Position numbers and translations under genes: made by a program. The notes under the pieces were generated by a model, which saw only the letters and a program-made list of their open reading frames with translations, made no database searches and had not been told where the DNA came from. Of a DNA stretch of 64,000 bases, positions 27,401 through 40,099 are shown in pieces. Position 1 is the first letter of the stretch, and each line of letters begins with the position of its first letter. Source of the stretch: Octopus vulgaris (taxonomy: Eukaryota); assembly GCA_951406725.2 (NCBI GenBank), contig OX597814.1, positions 75,702,001 through 75,766,000 on the forward strand, written 5' to 3'.

Positions 27401-27613
27401 TTAACCACGGGATTTCAATGTGAGCTGCTTTAAGTTTCATGCTCTGACAGTTCAGTAGTTAGACGAGCATGTATTAGAATGATGTGTCCTATCCTGTAAT
27501 CTTTTAATCGAAAAGACTGCAGGATAGCACAAAGTAAATTATACAAGCTTAATCTACTATTGTTCTATCAGCGCATGAAACTTATAGCAGCTCACATTTA
27601 AATCCCTTGTTTA
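27401..27613. mobile_element. Fold-back MITE-like hairpin
   Basis: Arms gggatttcaatgtgagctgctttaagtttcatgc / gcatgaaacttatagcagctcacatttaaatccc plus an inner hairpin ctatcctgtaatctttt / aaaagactgcaggatag. Confidence 0.65.
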
Positions 27614-29031
27614 TTTAAACAGCTGTTATCCTACAGAAGTCACTTGGTTAAATAAATATATACTCAACTATCAAACCTATTGACTTTATGTAATATATAT
27701 GAGAATGAGTGAATGTGTGTGTGCATGTTCAACAACTGACAACAATAAAATATGATTGTTGCAGTCTGAAGTAAATAATTCGGTAAATGCAGCTGTTCAA
27801 CATAAAAAATGAATTGTAAACAACCAAATCATTATATTGTCAAAATATTTCAAAAAAGGGACATCCAATAAGTTAAAAAAAAATTTTTTAATCAGTGAGA
27901 AAATTTAGACACTAGTTTTTCTAAATTGTTAAAAAGTCTCTTGAAAGTGATTACCGAAAGAGCACTCCCATTTACTAAATATAATATAAGCACTAAGAAA
28001 TTTTTTTTGTTTTTACTACCGATCAACTTATATTTTTATAAAAGCAACATTAAAATATGGTGAATCTCAAGAACAATTAACATTCTTTCAGTTAAATTTA
28101 TTTACTTTCATATCTTGAAAGAAGTAAAACAATTGAAAGGTTTTTATTTTCCATTTGTTCTGTGAACAGGTAAACAGTTTCTGAAACAATTGCCTTCAAG
28201 ATAATTCAACAAAGAAATACCAAAATTCCTATCTATCCAAGTTACAAATATAATTAAATCTTTTTCTCAGAGAAGCATTAGTTACAGTCAAATGTATATA
28301 GTAGATGAATTTGTAAGGTATTAAACTGGAGGCCAAATCCCAGTAATGTATTGCATATACAATTATAACACAACAGAAAATGTGAAATATCCTCACTTTT
28401 TTTATGGAATTATCTGTATTCATAAGGACATCAGCCTTTTGCTTTGAAAATTTACAAAATTATCAGGCAGATTTTTGTTGTTTTTTTCTATGAAATTCTG
28501 ATTCAAGCAAAATAAACATTAAAATATACAAGGAAACAAAAATATATGAAGACAAACCCATACAAAATTTATAAAACAAATGCTTATTCAAAAAAGGAAT
28601 TCAAAACTATGTAACAAATCCAAGTATAAGACTATTTATCATCAGAGTTCTATATTTATTCTTTACTTGGTTTTCCCTCGCACTTCTATTTATACAGTAT
28701 AATTCTCATACAATTATTTTTAATTATTATAGTTTTTTTCTTCTTCTTTCTCCACATATGTTTAAGGCTATCCCACTGCTTGCAAACAAAAATCAGATTT
28801 CCCTCAAAGCATTCAAATCAATTTAGTGAAATTACTTTGTCTCGAAATTGTTTTTCTTCAATTGTGATTAACAATAGCCGCTAGGTTTTTATTTTCCTTC
28901 AAAAAAGAATGAAACTTCAGCTATTTGAAATTTTTTTAGAATACTCCATTCATACACTCCTTCACTTTCACTAAAGTAAATCAAACTTGTCTCAAGGGTG
29001 TTGACACTTGTTAAGTGATCTCAATTCTTAC

Positions 29032-29090
29032 CATGGCGTTTTTCTTTTTTTTTTTAATCCTATCTCAGTCAGGTTTCAGCTCATCACCTG
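29032..29090 (-). other. Candidate exon 2 of host gene, ending in the start codon (gccATG|GTAAGA)
   Basis: Acceptor gtggtttttatctgtAG (NAGNAG), Kozak-like aaacgccATG, strong donor. Confidence 0.45.
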
Positions 29091-29351
29091 CTACAGATAA
29101 AAACCACAATTCTCAACTAGCTTCCTTCAGTTTACCTTAAGAGACCTCAACGAAGTACAAAGTCAATAATTACTCCTACTTTACAAACATCGTTTGGTGG
29201 TTATTTGTAACTGCCATGTTAGAGCTATGCACAACTTCACTCTAAATTCTTCCCAAAATACTACAATGCAAATGGTAGTTATGAATAACAATATCAAAAC
29301 ATGTTGGCTGGTGTTTTCCTGAACCAAACTGAAGATGTGTGTGTGTCTGTA

Positions 29352-29392
<41 letters not shown>

Positions 29393-30838
29393 ATACAGAC
29401 ACACACACCACCTGTGTATATGGAATATAATGCCTTTCATGCGACAATGTTTGTGCGCATAAAGAACCACGTAAACAAATAGAAAAATAACCGTTCTTCA
29501 AATTCCTGGAAGTTGTTAGATTTTCGAAATCTATACGAATGGAGAACAAAATCCAGCAAAAAAGGCAGACTAACTATCGCAAATATTATTACAAGGGTAA
29601 ATTAGACTACCCGCCATCAGATACAATGTAAAAGACAAAAAAAAAGTATTATATACGAAATAGACAATTTAAAATATCAGGCGTATGTAATTTATTTCAG
29701 TAAAATGCTTGCTATTAATAAGGCATTTAAATAGTACCTTCAAGGAATAAGGTTGATTTACTAAATAAAAAAATAAATTAAGAAAAATACGATTCTAATA
29801 AAATAATTCTAAAAGAAACTCAAGAAATGGTCAACAATATAAAATAACAACAGGTGTGTGTTTCAAACAAACTTTCTCCAAATCTCCCACATGCATAATA
29901 GCTCCAGTAAAGATTTGATATTATTTATAAACAGTGGTTCTACAATATATCACTTGGTATCGTAAACCAGAGCTCTCTATGCTAGAAAAAGCAACTAAAT
30001 TTCTATCAAACTCTACTATCTTAGACAATGGAAAGCCATAAAAGATAAAGAAATCCTAGATGCTACCAAAAAGTGCAGACGGTAGTGGTTGGAATGCCTT
30101 TACTCCTAAATCTGTTTGGTCAGGTGAGCAACCACAATTTGGCACCGTATAAACACATCATTCACGTTAAGCCGTATAGTTGTGGCTCTTTATATTTACT
30201 CATGATACAAAAATATCGAACATCAGCTAATCAATGGGGGAGGGGGAGAGGTTCTGCAAAGATGCTTCACTTGTTAGAAATAACAGGTAAATTTTCCTAA
30301 AATCACACCTTACTGTCTTGAAAATGTAAAAAAAAAATAAATAAAAAGAGATGGCCACCACCATAATATTGCTGATCATTTGTCTGCTCGATCATGGCTG
30401 ACCTGAGGTTAAACAGCTTCCACATAGTCGTTCGTGTTACGAGAAATAGCAGCAAATTCTCCTTCAGATCACACTCTATAACTTAAATTAAAGAAACATT
30501 CACACACTTTGGTCCTAGAGACAATTATAATGCCTTCGATTAGAGATCTGCTAAATGAAGGCTTAGCTCGGACAAAAGAACTCCTATTTTTTGCACAGAC
30601 AGGAAATACCAGGAAAACGAATTTATGTAAATAGCATAATTTTGTTGATATGTTCGCAATATGAAATCGTTATAAAATTTTAAAAAATCCTTATATATTC
30701 TGTCTATGTAAATGGTTTGCAAATGTTCTGTTCTAATGAGTCACAGCTCAAATCAAGAAAGCATTGCAAACATGCGTAAGTGTATATATGAGCGCGCACT
30801 CATAGACATTATTGCAATACGTATTTGACACACACCAA

Positions 30839-30938
<100 letters not shown>

Positions 30939-32922
30939 GCACACAGGTTATACATACGTCAAGTGCGCACACACAATATGCATATATCTTTAAATAAACA
31001 GGATACATTTTCGAATTAGATAACATTGCAGATGAAGAGTGAGATAACATTAAGTAAACATAGAATCAATTCAAGAAAAACCTTTACGGAATGTCTTAAT
31101 GAAGTCGACACACTGAAAGCGCTTGTGTTGTTGTTTAGCCCTAGGACACCTTTTTAGAACAGACTTATGATCGAGGGTGTTCCTGCCTTAACTATCCTGT
31201 GATTGTTTTGCAGAAATCATAGCTAAGAATACACCAACCTATATTTTCTTCATATTTTAGATAGTAAGGGTAAAATTTTAATGAAACTTAGATTCTGTTT
31301 CTAACAAGTCAAGTAACCAAGTAGATGTCACTGGCTCGTAAAATACTTGTATTTGTCAGTGTATACACAGAGGTTTGTCGTATTCATAATTAACAATCAC
31401 AATTACTCAAGGGTGTAAAAACATTGTCAACAGTATAACATGCATAGCAATCGAGAAAATAACATTTTATACGAAAGAACCAGACTGTTAATGAAGAAAC
31501 AGTGTATTAATTATGAAGCATAAATGTTAGTAGACACCTTGTGGATCAATAAATTTATCAGTAAAGGATGATACGTTTTGAAAATGTAGAAAGTTCAAGA
31601 CTTAATCAAAACAGCAAAAGAAATTCTGAAATTCAACTGAAAATAAAATTCGAGGCTCCAATTAGAAATGTAATCGCCATGGGACGGTGCTGTGAATACA
31701 TATTAAGTCAACGTTGGTAATGAAAATATAACTTAATGAGATTTTATATATACATATATCTGAAATTAGCCAGAAATTTAGGTGTTGTACATTTGCGCAC
31801 AAAAGGCAAGGGTGAGAAAAATACAGATTCTTTCACAAGTAAAATATTCCTTAGAAAAAAAAAAGAGCGAATGCACGCAAGTGTTAAGATGAAAGTATCA
31901 TGGGACCCGAAAAGCGTTACTATAGCACTAGCAAACATGCTCAGCAACAAACTGATCTACTTATAAAATTGATCTAACAGAAGTGTCTGCATAAAAATAT
32001 CAAATAAAATAAAAACTAAGAGACAACTAATGACTGCTTAAAAATAAATCATGTGTATGTGTAATACAATTGTTGGTTCTCCCCTATTCCATCAATGGTA
32101 ACATACCTTCTTCCAATTTGTTCCGTAAGTTATTTCACTGTAAATATGAACTAACGGTTGTATGCAGAAAAAGGATGGACAGAAGAAGAAATGGAAAACA
32201 GCAGGAAGAATTTATAGTTCTAAAAATGGAATGTTCAACGAGTATAGCTATATAAGTTTGCAGAGCAAGTATGTATATATACAACACTAATAACTGTTCT
32301 AGTAGTACATAGCTGAATGAACGGGGACAGTAAACAACAGTAGTAGCAATGCAATATATACGAGTACATAATGAAATTCTTTACCAAAAAAAAAATGTGT
32401 CAATTTTCTTTCCTTTCCTATTTCATTCTTTTCGTTTCGTTATTATTATTTTTTTAGCAATAACGGGTTTCCTTAACAGTAATTCAGATAATCTAAATAT
32501 TTATACACCTTCATACCATGCACGCAACCCGGTCACGTTACATCAGTCTAAAATGAGGATATCAACAATACAAAAGCATAAAACGTTCTTCTAAATTGCA
32601 TTATTTTCATAAATGAAACAACACGGAAAAGAAGAACAACAAAGTAGACATCGAAATAGCTAAGCTAACTGAAGTTTCAGTTTGATATATACAAATGTAT
32701 ATATTTATATTTTCATCTACAACACAAGCGAACGGAACGATGGAAGGACAGAAATGTGGTCTGTTGAGTATCACTTGCTTTCGAACATCTCATAACCAGT
32801 AACGAACAGGCTTTTGTCAGTTTATAAAAAGTCACAAGCTTCTGTAACTGCGTTTTAAAAATAAACCTCTTATACTATATCATAGCTTTAACGATAAGTG
32901 TAGTCAGAAACAATTCACCTAC

Positions 32923-32970
32923 CTTGACAGCTTCAAACAAATCCGAGTACTCGCTGGAGAAAGAAACGGA
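32923..32970 (-). other. Candidate non-coding exon 1 of host gene
   Basis: Pyrimidine-rich start (ttccgtttctttctcc) adjacent to promoter motifs; donor caag|GTAGGT at 32922. Confidence 0.5.
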
Positions 32971-32992
32971 AGTGACGTCAATCACAGGAAGT
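32967..32992. promoter_or_regulatory. Composite ETS-CRE promoter element plus second ETS site
   Basis: CGGAAGTGACGTCA (32967-32980) and CAGGAAGT (32985-32992) in non-repetitive, relatively CpG-retaining sequence. Confidence 0.6.
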
Positions 32993-33512
32993 AACATATT
33001 AAAGCATGTCAGTAGTATATGAGAAACTAAATTAGGTTCCAACTAGATGCAGACCAACTTTGATGTGGCTTATCATTGCAGATCAATTTAATGTAAAGTT
33101 GAGGGTTTTCCCTCGAGAATTTTTCCCCATTTCGAAATTTAGTCTCTGTTGTTTTCTTTTAATTTACTTTCAATTAATTTGATAGAAACATAAACACAAT
33201 TTCACTGAAGAAACCTCTTCAAATGATTCATATTTCCATTAGTATAAAAAGGGACATTGAACCACACCCAAGTGAATCTTCCTATTCTCTTATCCACTAT
33301 TGTTTATTTTTTGCAAACCTGAATATTTATGTTATGGGATAGCTGCAAGCATAGCTATAGCTTAAGTTATGGAGATGTTGGATTATTAATTCAAAGATTC
33401 TAAATTCAAATTCTGTCACATTAATTATTTTGTTTGAATCAAGTACATTATTCTACCAATCTTTGTTCACTTTAGCCGAAAGATAAGCAATTACAGTTTT
33501 TTACAAAGTAGC

Positions 33513-33557
<45 letters not shown>

Positions 33558-33583
33558 AAATGGAGAAAAACAAATTGGACAAC

Positions 33584-34072
33584 ATCTGTAGATTTTTTTT
33601 TTTTAATACAGAACATGACATAACAATTCTTACAGCCATTTCTACTTCCCATGTCAGTTGGTGCCTACGAAAGAATTACAAAAATAATATTCTTCATCGT
33701 CATAGGATATTCAAATTAGAACATGGAGCTTTACCAGAATGAATACTAAAGCATCCAAAAAATAAATAAATGGAAGAGGGAATAGGAAAGAAACATGACC
33801 TCAAGAAAAAGCCAGAAAATTTTCATCTATTGAGCCTCTCAAGGTCATATTTCTTTGCTATTCTCTCTTCCATTTGTTTATTTTTTTGACGCTTTTGAAT
33901 TCACTCTGATGAAACTCCATGTTTTGTTTTGAATATCCTATGAAGATAAAGAATATTATTTTCGTAATTCTTTCATAGACACCAACTGACATTGGCAGTG
34001 GAAACAGCCATAAGAATTGTTAGGTCACAGAAATGTTATGTCATGTTTTGTATTAAAAAATAATCTACAGAT
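33584..34072. repeat. Long imperfect inverted repeat (fold-back), Penelope-like tail with degenerate hammerhead
   Basis: Arms about 33584-33801 and 33842-34072; CTGATGA at 33906 and GAAAcagccaTA at 34001. Confidence 0.75.
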
Positions 34073-34074
34073 AT

Positions 34075-34490
34075 GGTGACTATGAAACACAGGCAGCACA
34101 CTGAGAACTATCTCCCCCAGCACAAGTTTTGAAGTAATTCTTCAACTCCAGGAAATGTTGCACGTGCATAACTCTTACGTCAAGAGCTTTAAGTATGCCT
34201 TGGAATTTCCATCAGTGCTGGACTTCACAGTGGTTATTGACACTGACAAACAGCCGGCAAACGAGCACTAACCACCTCCAGCGATAATGCAACCTGTTCC
34301 ACCAATTTGCTGGTGATGTTTGTGCAAAAATGGAATTTGAGATGTTATCCTATATCAGGTTTGACTAGCAGAAACTTCGATCAGACAGTTACATCCATCT
34401 TAGGGATGGTCTCAGCAATGATGTATCACCCAGAGGGTTGGATCAGGTGTGCATCTTGCCGTCATCTTTCACTGGCGGTCCACAACCAGT
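34075..34490 (+). pseudogene. Helitron Rep/Hel N-terminal relic (Helitron_like_N region)
   Basis: LQEMLHVHNSYVKSFKYAL...VVIDTDKQPANEH, then LFHQF..D...K.E...L.YIR....KLRSDSYIHLRD...ILPSSFTGGP, with in-frame stops. Confidence 0.85.
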
Positions 34491-34525
34491 ACTTAACACA
34501 ACAAGACATATACAAAGCTTTACAT

Positions 34526-34573
34526 TTTACTTTTGACAATCTTTTTCTAGAAAAGTGAAACCGGTCAAGTGAA
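34526..34573 (+). ncRNA. Type-I hammerhead motif with U3-A8 core variant
   Basis: tttactt-TTGACAA-t-ctttt..aaaag-t-GAAA-CCGG-TC-aagtgaa; 7-bp stem I, palindromic ACCGGT helix III, GUC triplet. Confidence 0.65.
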
Positions 34574-34664
34574 TAAACATCATTAAAATTGTATTTTCAA
34601 ACCTTCTTTCATATATATTTCCACTTGTGCGGTACCTTATAATTTCACTTTGTTATATATATAT

Positions 34665-35063
34665 CTCTTTTACTCTTTTACTTGTTTCAGTCATTTGACT
34701 GTGGCCATGCTGGAGCACCGCCTTTAGTCGAGCAAATCGACCCGGGACTTATTCTTTGTAAGCCCAGCACTTATTCTATTGGCCTCTTTTGCCGAACCAC
34801 TAAATGACGGGGATGTAAACACACCAGCATCGGTTGTCAAGCAATGCTAGGACAAACACAGACACACAAACACATACACACACATATATATACATATACA
34901 CGACAGGCTTCTTTCAGTTTCCGTCTACCAAATCCACTCACAAGGCTTTGGTCGGCCTGAGGCTATAGCAGAAGACACTTGCCCAAGATGCCACGCAGTG
35001 GGACTGAACCTGGAACCATGTGGTTGGTAAGCAAGCTACTTACCACACAGCCACTCCTGCGCC
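34665..35063 (-). mobile_element. Full-length tRNA-derived SINE
   Basis: Minus-strand head ggcgcaggagTGGCTGTGTGGtaag...GGTTCAGTCCc, internal CA/TA microsatellite, tail ccagcatggccacagtcaaatgactgaaacaagtaaaagagtaaaagag. Confidence 0.9.
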
Positions 35064-36072
35064 ATCCCATAAGTTCTGTCCAATTTTACCTTTTTAAAAT
35101 TGCATGAAATTTAATCATATTTTAGAATGTCTAATGGAATTAAAAATTATTTTTATGCATTTCTGTACATTTTAGCTAATTAAATATTATTTTACAGAAT
35201 AATAGGATTAAAATTTCTTTCATTAAAACCCTTTCTGACATGGGAGTATCCAAAGAGCATTTGAGGCACATAATGCTTTATGAGTACAAAAAACGAAACT
35301 CTGCAGCCGAAGCAACTCGAAACGTACACCCAGTTTATGGGAAAGAATGCTTGAATGAAAGAACTTGCAGAAGATGGTTAGCAAAATTCAGAAGTGGAAA
35401 TTTCAGCATTTGAAGATGAAGATCAAACAGGACGTCCAGTTGAGTTTGATGATAAGCTCCTTGAGGCATTACTTGAAGAAAATGCTGCATTATCAGTTGA
35501 AAAATTAGCAATAAAGTTTAGTTCAAACCATACAACTGTTCATTGTCCTCTTCAACAACTTGAAAGGTTCCTAAACTTGGAAAATGGGTGCCTCATGAAT
35601 TGACTGAAAGCAACCACAAATCCCGAGTTGACATCTGCTCTTCTCTCCATTATCGCGAACTCATTTCACCCTTTTTGGATAGACTTGTGACTGGTGATGA
35701 AAAATGGATCTTCTATCGAAATGTCGTAAACAGTGGCTTGGTAAAAGGGATAAAGCTCAACCACAAATGAGAAGGGAACTTCATGGGAAAAAGGTTCTTC
35801 TCTCTATCTGTTGGGATTGCAAAGGGGTAATTCACTTTGAATTGTTACCACCTAATGCAACAATCAATGCTCAAGTCTACTGTCAGCAATTAGAGCATTT
35901 GAACAAAGCTTTGAAGGAAAAAGGCCCACTTTAGTGAATCAAAAAGGAGTGATGTTTCATCAGGACAATGCATGACTCCACACTGCAAAGATTACATCAC
36001 AGCAGATCGAAGAGCTTGACTGTGAAAAAATTCCTCATCCACCTTATTCTCCTTCAGACTACCATTTGTTTC
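35064..36072 (+). mobile_element. mariner transposon, decayed and 3'-truncated
   Basis: ATG at 35240 (MGVSKEHLRHIMLYEY), WVPHEL, TGDEKW, HQDNA, HPPYSP, SDYHLF across frameshifts. Confidence 0.9.
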
Positions 36073-36956
36073 GTGTGTGTGTGTGTGTGTTTATATGTAT
36101 GTTGGGGGGCGCGCGCGTGTATATATGTGTGCGTGTGTGGGTACAATTTTCAATATTTATAGTTCTGCTGGCCTTGTGCCTGTATCGGGAAGCAACGTGT
36201 TTGTGTGAAGTCAATATTTACAGACATTTCCAAAAAATAGTGTTGGATGTTTTGCACCCGTATTCAATTATGTGTATGTGTGGAACACACACACACACAC
36301 ACGCGCGCGCATACACATACATACATACAGCTCTTCCTGTCCTAAAGGAACTTACTTATCCAGCTCAAATTCAGTCAAGCGGAAAATACACTCCCCAAGC
36401 TATTTAAAATATCCACATGACATCTACTGACCAGCCTGAACAATAAGAATTTTCAACAATGCTATTTTCGAAAATTCTAAACATTCACATGACCTCTCTA
36501 TTATGACCACATCCACGTGACCTCTTTATTATGACCAATAAGAAATTTTAGGCGCTATACTAGCCAAATTTTAACTTCTCTGGAGCCTTTTTTCTTACCC
36601 CAACACCAACTTCCATTCAAACATTCACGTGACCCCTTCATAATGACCAATCAAAATTGTATTGACCATTGTCCACAAGAAATTTTAGGCGCGAAACCAA
36701 GCAAATCCAAAACAACTCTGGAGCCTCTTTTTTCACATATAAGAGACAGCAAACCCAACATAAAGTCAGATAAGAGGAAAAAATCTATCAGAAAGGAACT
36801 CTAATCTCTCTTTAAAAAATATATTTTGATAAGCATAACAAATGCGCAACCGGTAAAAAGAACTTCACCTAATTAAATTACTTAAATTATTTTGTCAGCA
36901 TTTTCTTCATTTCCTTTTTTATATATCACAACTCGTGTTCCACATCTCCTTTTTTA

Positions 36957-37032
<76 letters not shown>

Positions 37033-37048
37033 CATATATATATACATA

Positions 37049-38342
37049 TGAGTGTATGAAAAGTTTTGAGCCCAACCTAGAAACGGGGCTGCTAGGCAGC
37101 TGAAACAATTTTTTCTGGTAACTACAGTCTTTTCGAAGTATTCTTGTTCATTTTCATGATTCTGATATTGTAATGTTTTTTTGTTACAGATTTTTGAATA
37201 AACAAAAAGTGTCGAGGTTACAAGGAAAATGGAGAAAACTGAGTATCTTGCTGTCATAATGTACCTTCATTTGAAAGGCATGATTCCATCAGAAATCCAT
37301 GAAGATATGGTGAGAACCTTAACAGACAATGCTCCTTCATATGCAACAGTCAAACGCTGGGTAATTGAATTCCAGTGTGGCAGGGAGAGTGTAGCAGAGG
37401 ATCCCACACCAGGAAGGCCTCCAACTGCAACCACCGAGGACAACATTGACCTTGCTCTTAGTATGATAATGCAAGCTCGTCGAATATCAGTCACCAGATA
37501 GCTGAGAGACTGGGCATCTCAAATGAAAGAGCAGACAACATTGTGACAAAAGAACTTGGGTTCTCAAAGGTTTCTGCAATGTGGGTCCCTCGCCTTTTGA
37601 CTCCTGAACAGAAAAGCACCAGGTGCACATTGTCCACGAGCAATCTGGAACTGTTTGAAGCTGATGAAAAGAATTTTCTTGCTTGTTTTATTACTATGGA
37701 CAAAAGTTGGGGTCATCACTACCAGCCTGAAACCAAAGAACAATCAAAGTAGTGGAAGCACACATATTTTCCTACCCCAAAGAATGCCAGGTCATTCCTT
37801 CAGCTAGCAAGGTCATGGCATCAGTTTTTGGGGGATTCTCAAGGTGTCTTGCTGATCAATTACCTTGAAATGGGTCACACCACGACAGGGCTGTATTATT
37901 CTCAGCTACTGTAATGCCTCCAGGAAGCAATCAAAGAAAAAAGGCCAGGAATGCTCTCCAGAGGAGTCCTTTTTCATCATGACAATGCTCCAGCCCACAC
38001 CTCAGTGGCTGCCATGGCAACAATTCGTGATTGTGGAGACGAACTTGTTCCTCATCTGCTTTATTCACCAGACTTAGCCCCCTCTGACTTTCATCTATTC
38101 CCAAAAATGAAAAAGCCCTGGCTGGTTGCCATTTTGCCACTGACAATGATGTCATAGACACTGTAGGAAGTTTCTTAGAGTCTCAAAAAAAAAGAGTTCC
38201 TCTACACTGGGATAATGGCACTTCAGCACCACTGGAGAAAGTGTTCAGCCATCAAAGGGAACTATATTGAAAAATAAATCCTCAGAAGTTTTGTATTTAT
38301 GTTTTGTTTTCTTGAGGCTCAAGACTTTTCAGACACCCCTCA
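37049..38342 (+). mobile_element. Full-length mariner (DD34D), frameshifted transposase 37229-38277
   Basis: TIRs tgag..tgtatgaaaagttttgagcc / ggctcaagacttttcagacacccctca with TA flanks; WVPRLL, HDNAPAH, YSPDLAPSD with D-34-D spacing, GNYIEK*. Confidence 0.93.
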
Positions 38343-39166
38343 TATGTACATATATATATACATATCTATCTATCTATACAATGATCCGGTGGTGATGTTG
38401 GACTTCCAATTCTTTTCATAGATCCCGTGGTTACCGAGATAATCTCTGATAATAATGCTCTTGTGTTTATGAATGAGAAAGGAAGGGGTGATGGCATAGT
38501 TTTTTCATAGTTTCCATGGTTACTGAGATAATCTCCTATAATAATACTATTGTGTTTATGAATGAGAAACGTAGGGGTGATACATGAATGAGGAAGGAAG
38601 AGGTGATGTCAGCATTTCAACACTGTGTGAATATATGTGTGTGTATGTAAAAGGAAGGTATGTGAATATGTGTGTGTGTACGCACACATGCAATGGAAGT
38701 GAGATGGTTAACATTCAATGCTGGAAAGAAAAATTCAACAGCGTTTCAACTCTGTGTATTTGGTATGTTTCACTCGAGTACAATCTGTTCTCTATAAAGG
38801 TATGTGTCTGTTTTTTGTTGATAGCAAGTAATTTCTTTGGTACTTCTCTGCAAAATTTTATTTAGCGTCATTATTATTAAATTTATGCATTTCTAATCAA
38901 TTTGGAGAGATTTGCTATTGAGTTGCAGATTTTTTACATTGCATTTGGTGATTATTTGCTTTATTTCTCGAGCAAAATTTACAACTTACAATAAAAGACC
39001 AAAATTATTATTTCATTAAAAAATTGATGAGTTTTGTTTTTAGTGATGACTTGAAATGGCAAATATTTTTTCTAACTGTATTTGCATAAAAAAACATACT
39101 TTTCTTTATATTTAGCAATTCTTTATAATTTTATGATGTGCCTAAATAAAAATCATTGTTATAGAT

Positions 39167-39392
39167 CAGCATTTCTCAACCTTTTTCGCGATTCGGCTTC
39201 CCTTGGACATTGAAAAAATTCATTTCGGCTCCCTTGTGTTAATGAAAAATCTATTTCAGCTCCCCATGTATCCGAGATAGACCAGCCAGCCCATGACAAA
39301 TCTGACGAAAAGGGTGGGGTCAGAAAATTTTCATACAGCTGGAGGCTCCAACTGAATTAGGGGAGCCAAAATGATATGGTTGAGAAAAGCTA
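39167..39392. mobile_element. hAT-type MITE
   Basis: TIRs cagcatttctcaacc / ggttgagaaaagct. Confidence 0.6.
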
Positions 39393-39395
39393 CTC

Positions 39396-39575
39396 CTGAG
39401 TTCCTTAACTCCAAAACACCTGCAGGACTACCACCTCACGAACTGCATTTGAAGGTTGGTGCACCAGTCATGCTGCTAAGGAATTCAGATGCTCCAATAA
39501 TGTGCAATGGTACGTGGATGATTATCAAAAAATTGTGCTCCCAAGTTCTGCAGGCAACCATCTTGAATGGAGCCT
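39396..39575 (+). pseudogene. Helitron PIF1-like helicase fragment
   Basis: PEFLNSKTPAGLPPHELHLKVGAPVMLLRNSDAPIMCNGT. Confidence 0.9.
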
Positions 39576-39596
39576 GCCACTGGCAAAGACATACTT

Positions 39597-40022
39597 ATAT
39601 GCTGATAACAGACTTTTAAATCGTCAATTTCCATATATTATTTACTCGCCACAGAAAACACGTAGAGCTGAAATCGAGGAAAGCTGGCCAAAAGAATTTT
39701 TTTTTTAAATACGAAAAGACATAAATGAAATACTTACAAGCACCCATGGAAAAAAGCCGAAACAAAAATCATGAGTACATATAAGTACCCCAGATATATC
39801 TAAATATAAAATCTTTTGGTCAGCCTCAGCAAACGTGTGAACTACAGCTTATAGTGGAAAAAATCTATTATGAGATTAATTCCGAAATTGATTCAATATA
39901 GAAATAACAAATTTTTTTTAAAAAATTCTTTTGGCCAGCTTTCCTCAATTTCAGCTCTACATGTTTTCTGTGGTGAGTAAATTATATGTAGAAATTGACG
40001 ATTTAATCTGTTATCAGCATAT
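39597..40022. repeat. Fold-back element with about 110-bp inverted arms
   Basis: atatgctgataacaga...agctggccaaaagaatttt / aaaattcttttggccagct...tctgttatcagcatat around a spacer of about 205 nt. Confidence 0.8.
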
Positions 40023-40060
40023 TGGCATTGAAATAATTTTCTTTAGCCCTTGTTTATAAG

Positions 40061-40098
<38 letters not shown>

Positions 40099-40099
40099 A

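Noticed and set aside
29070-29088. gtgatga-gct-gaaac hammerhead-like string on the minus strand
   Set aside because: Lacks C3 and has no helix II.
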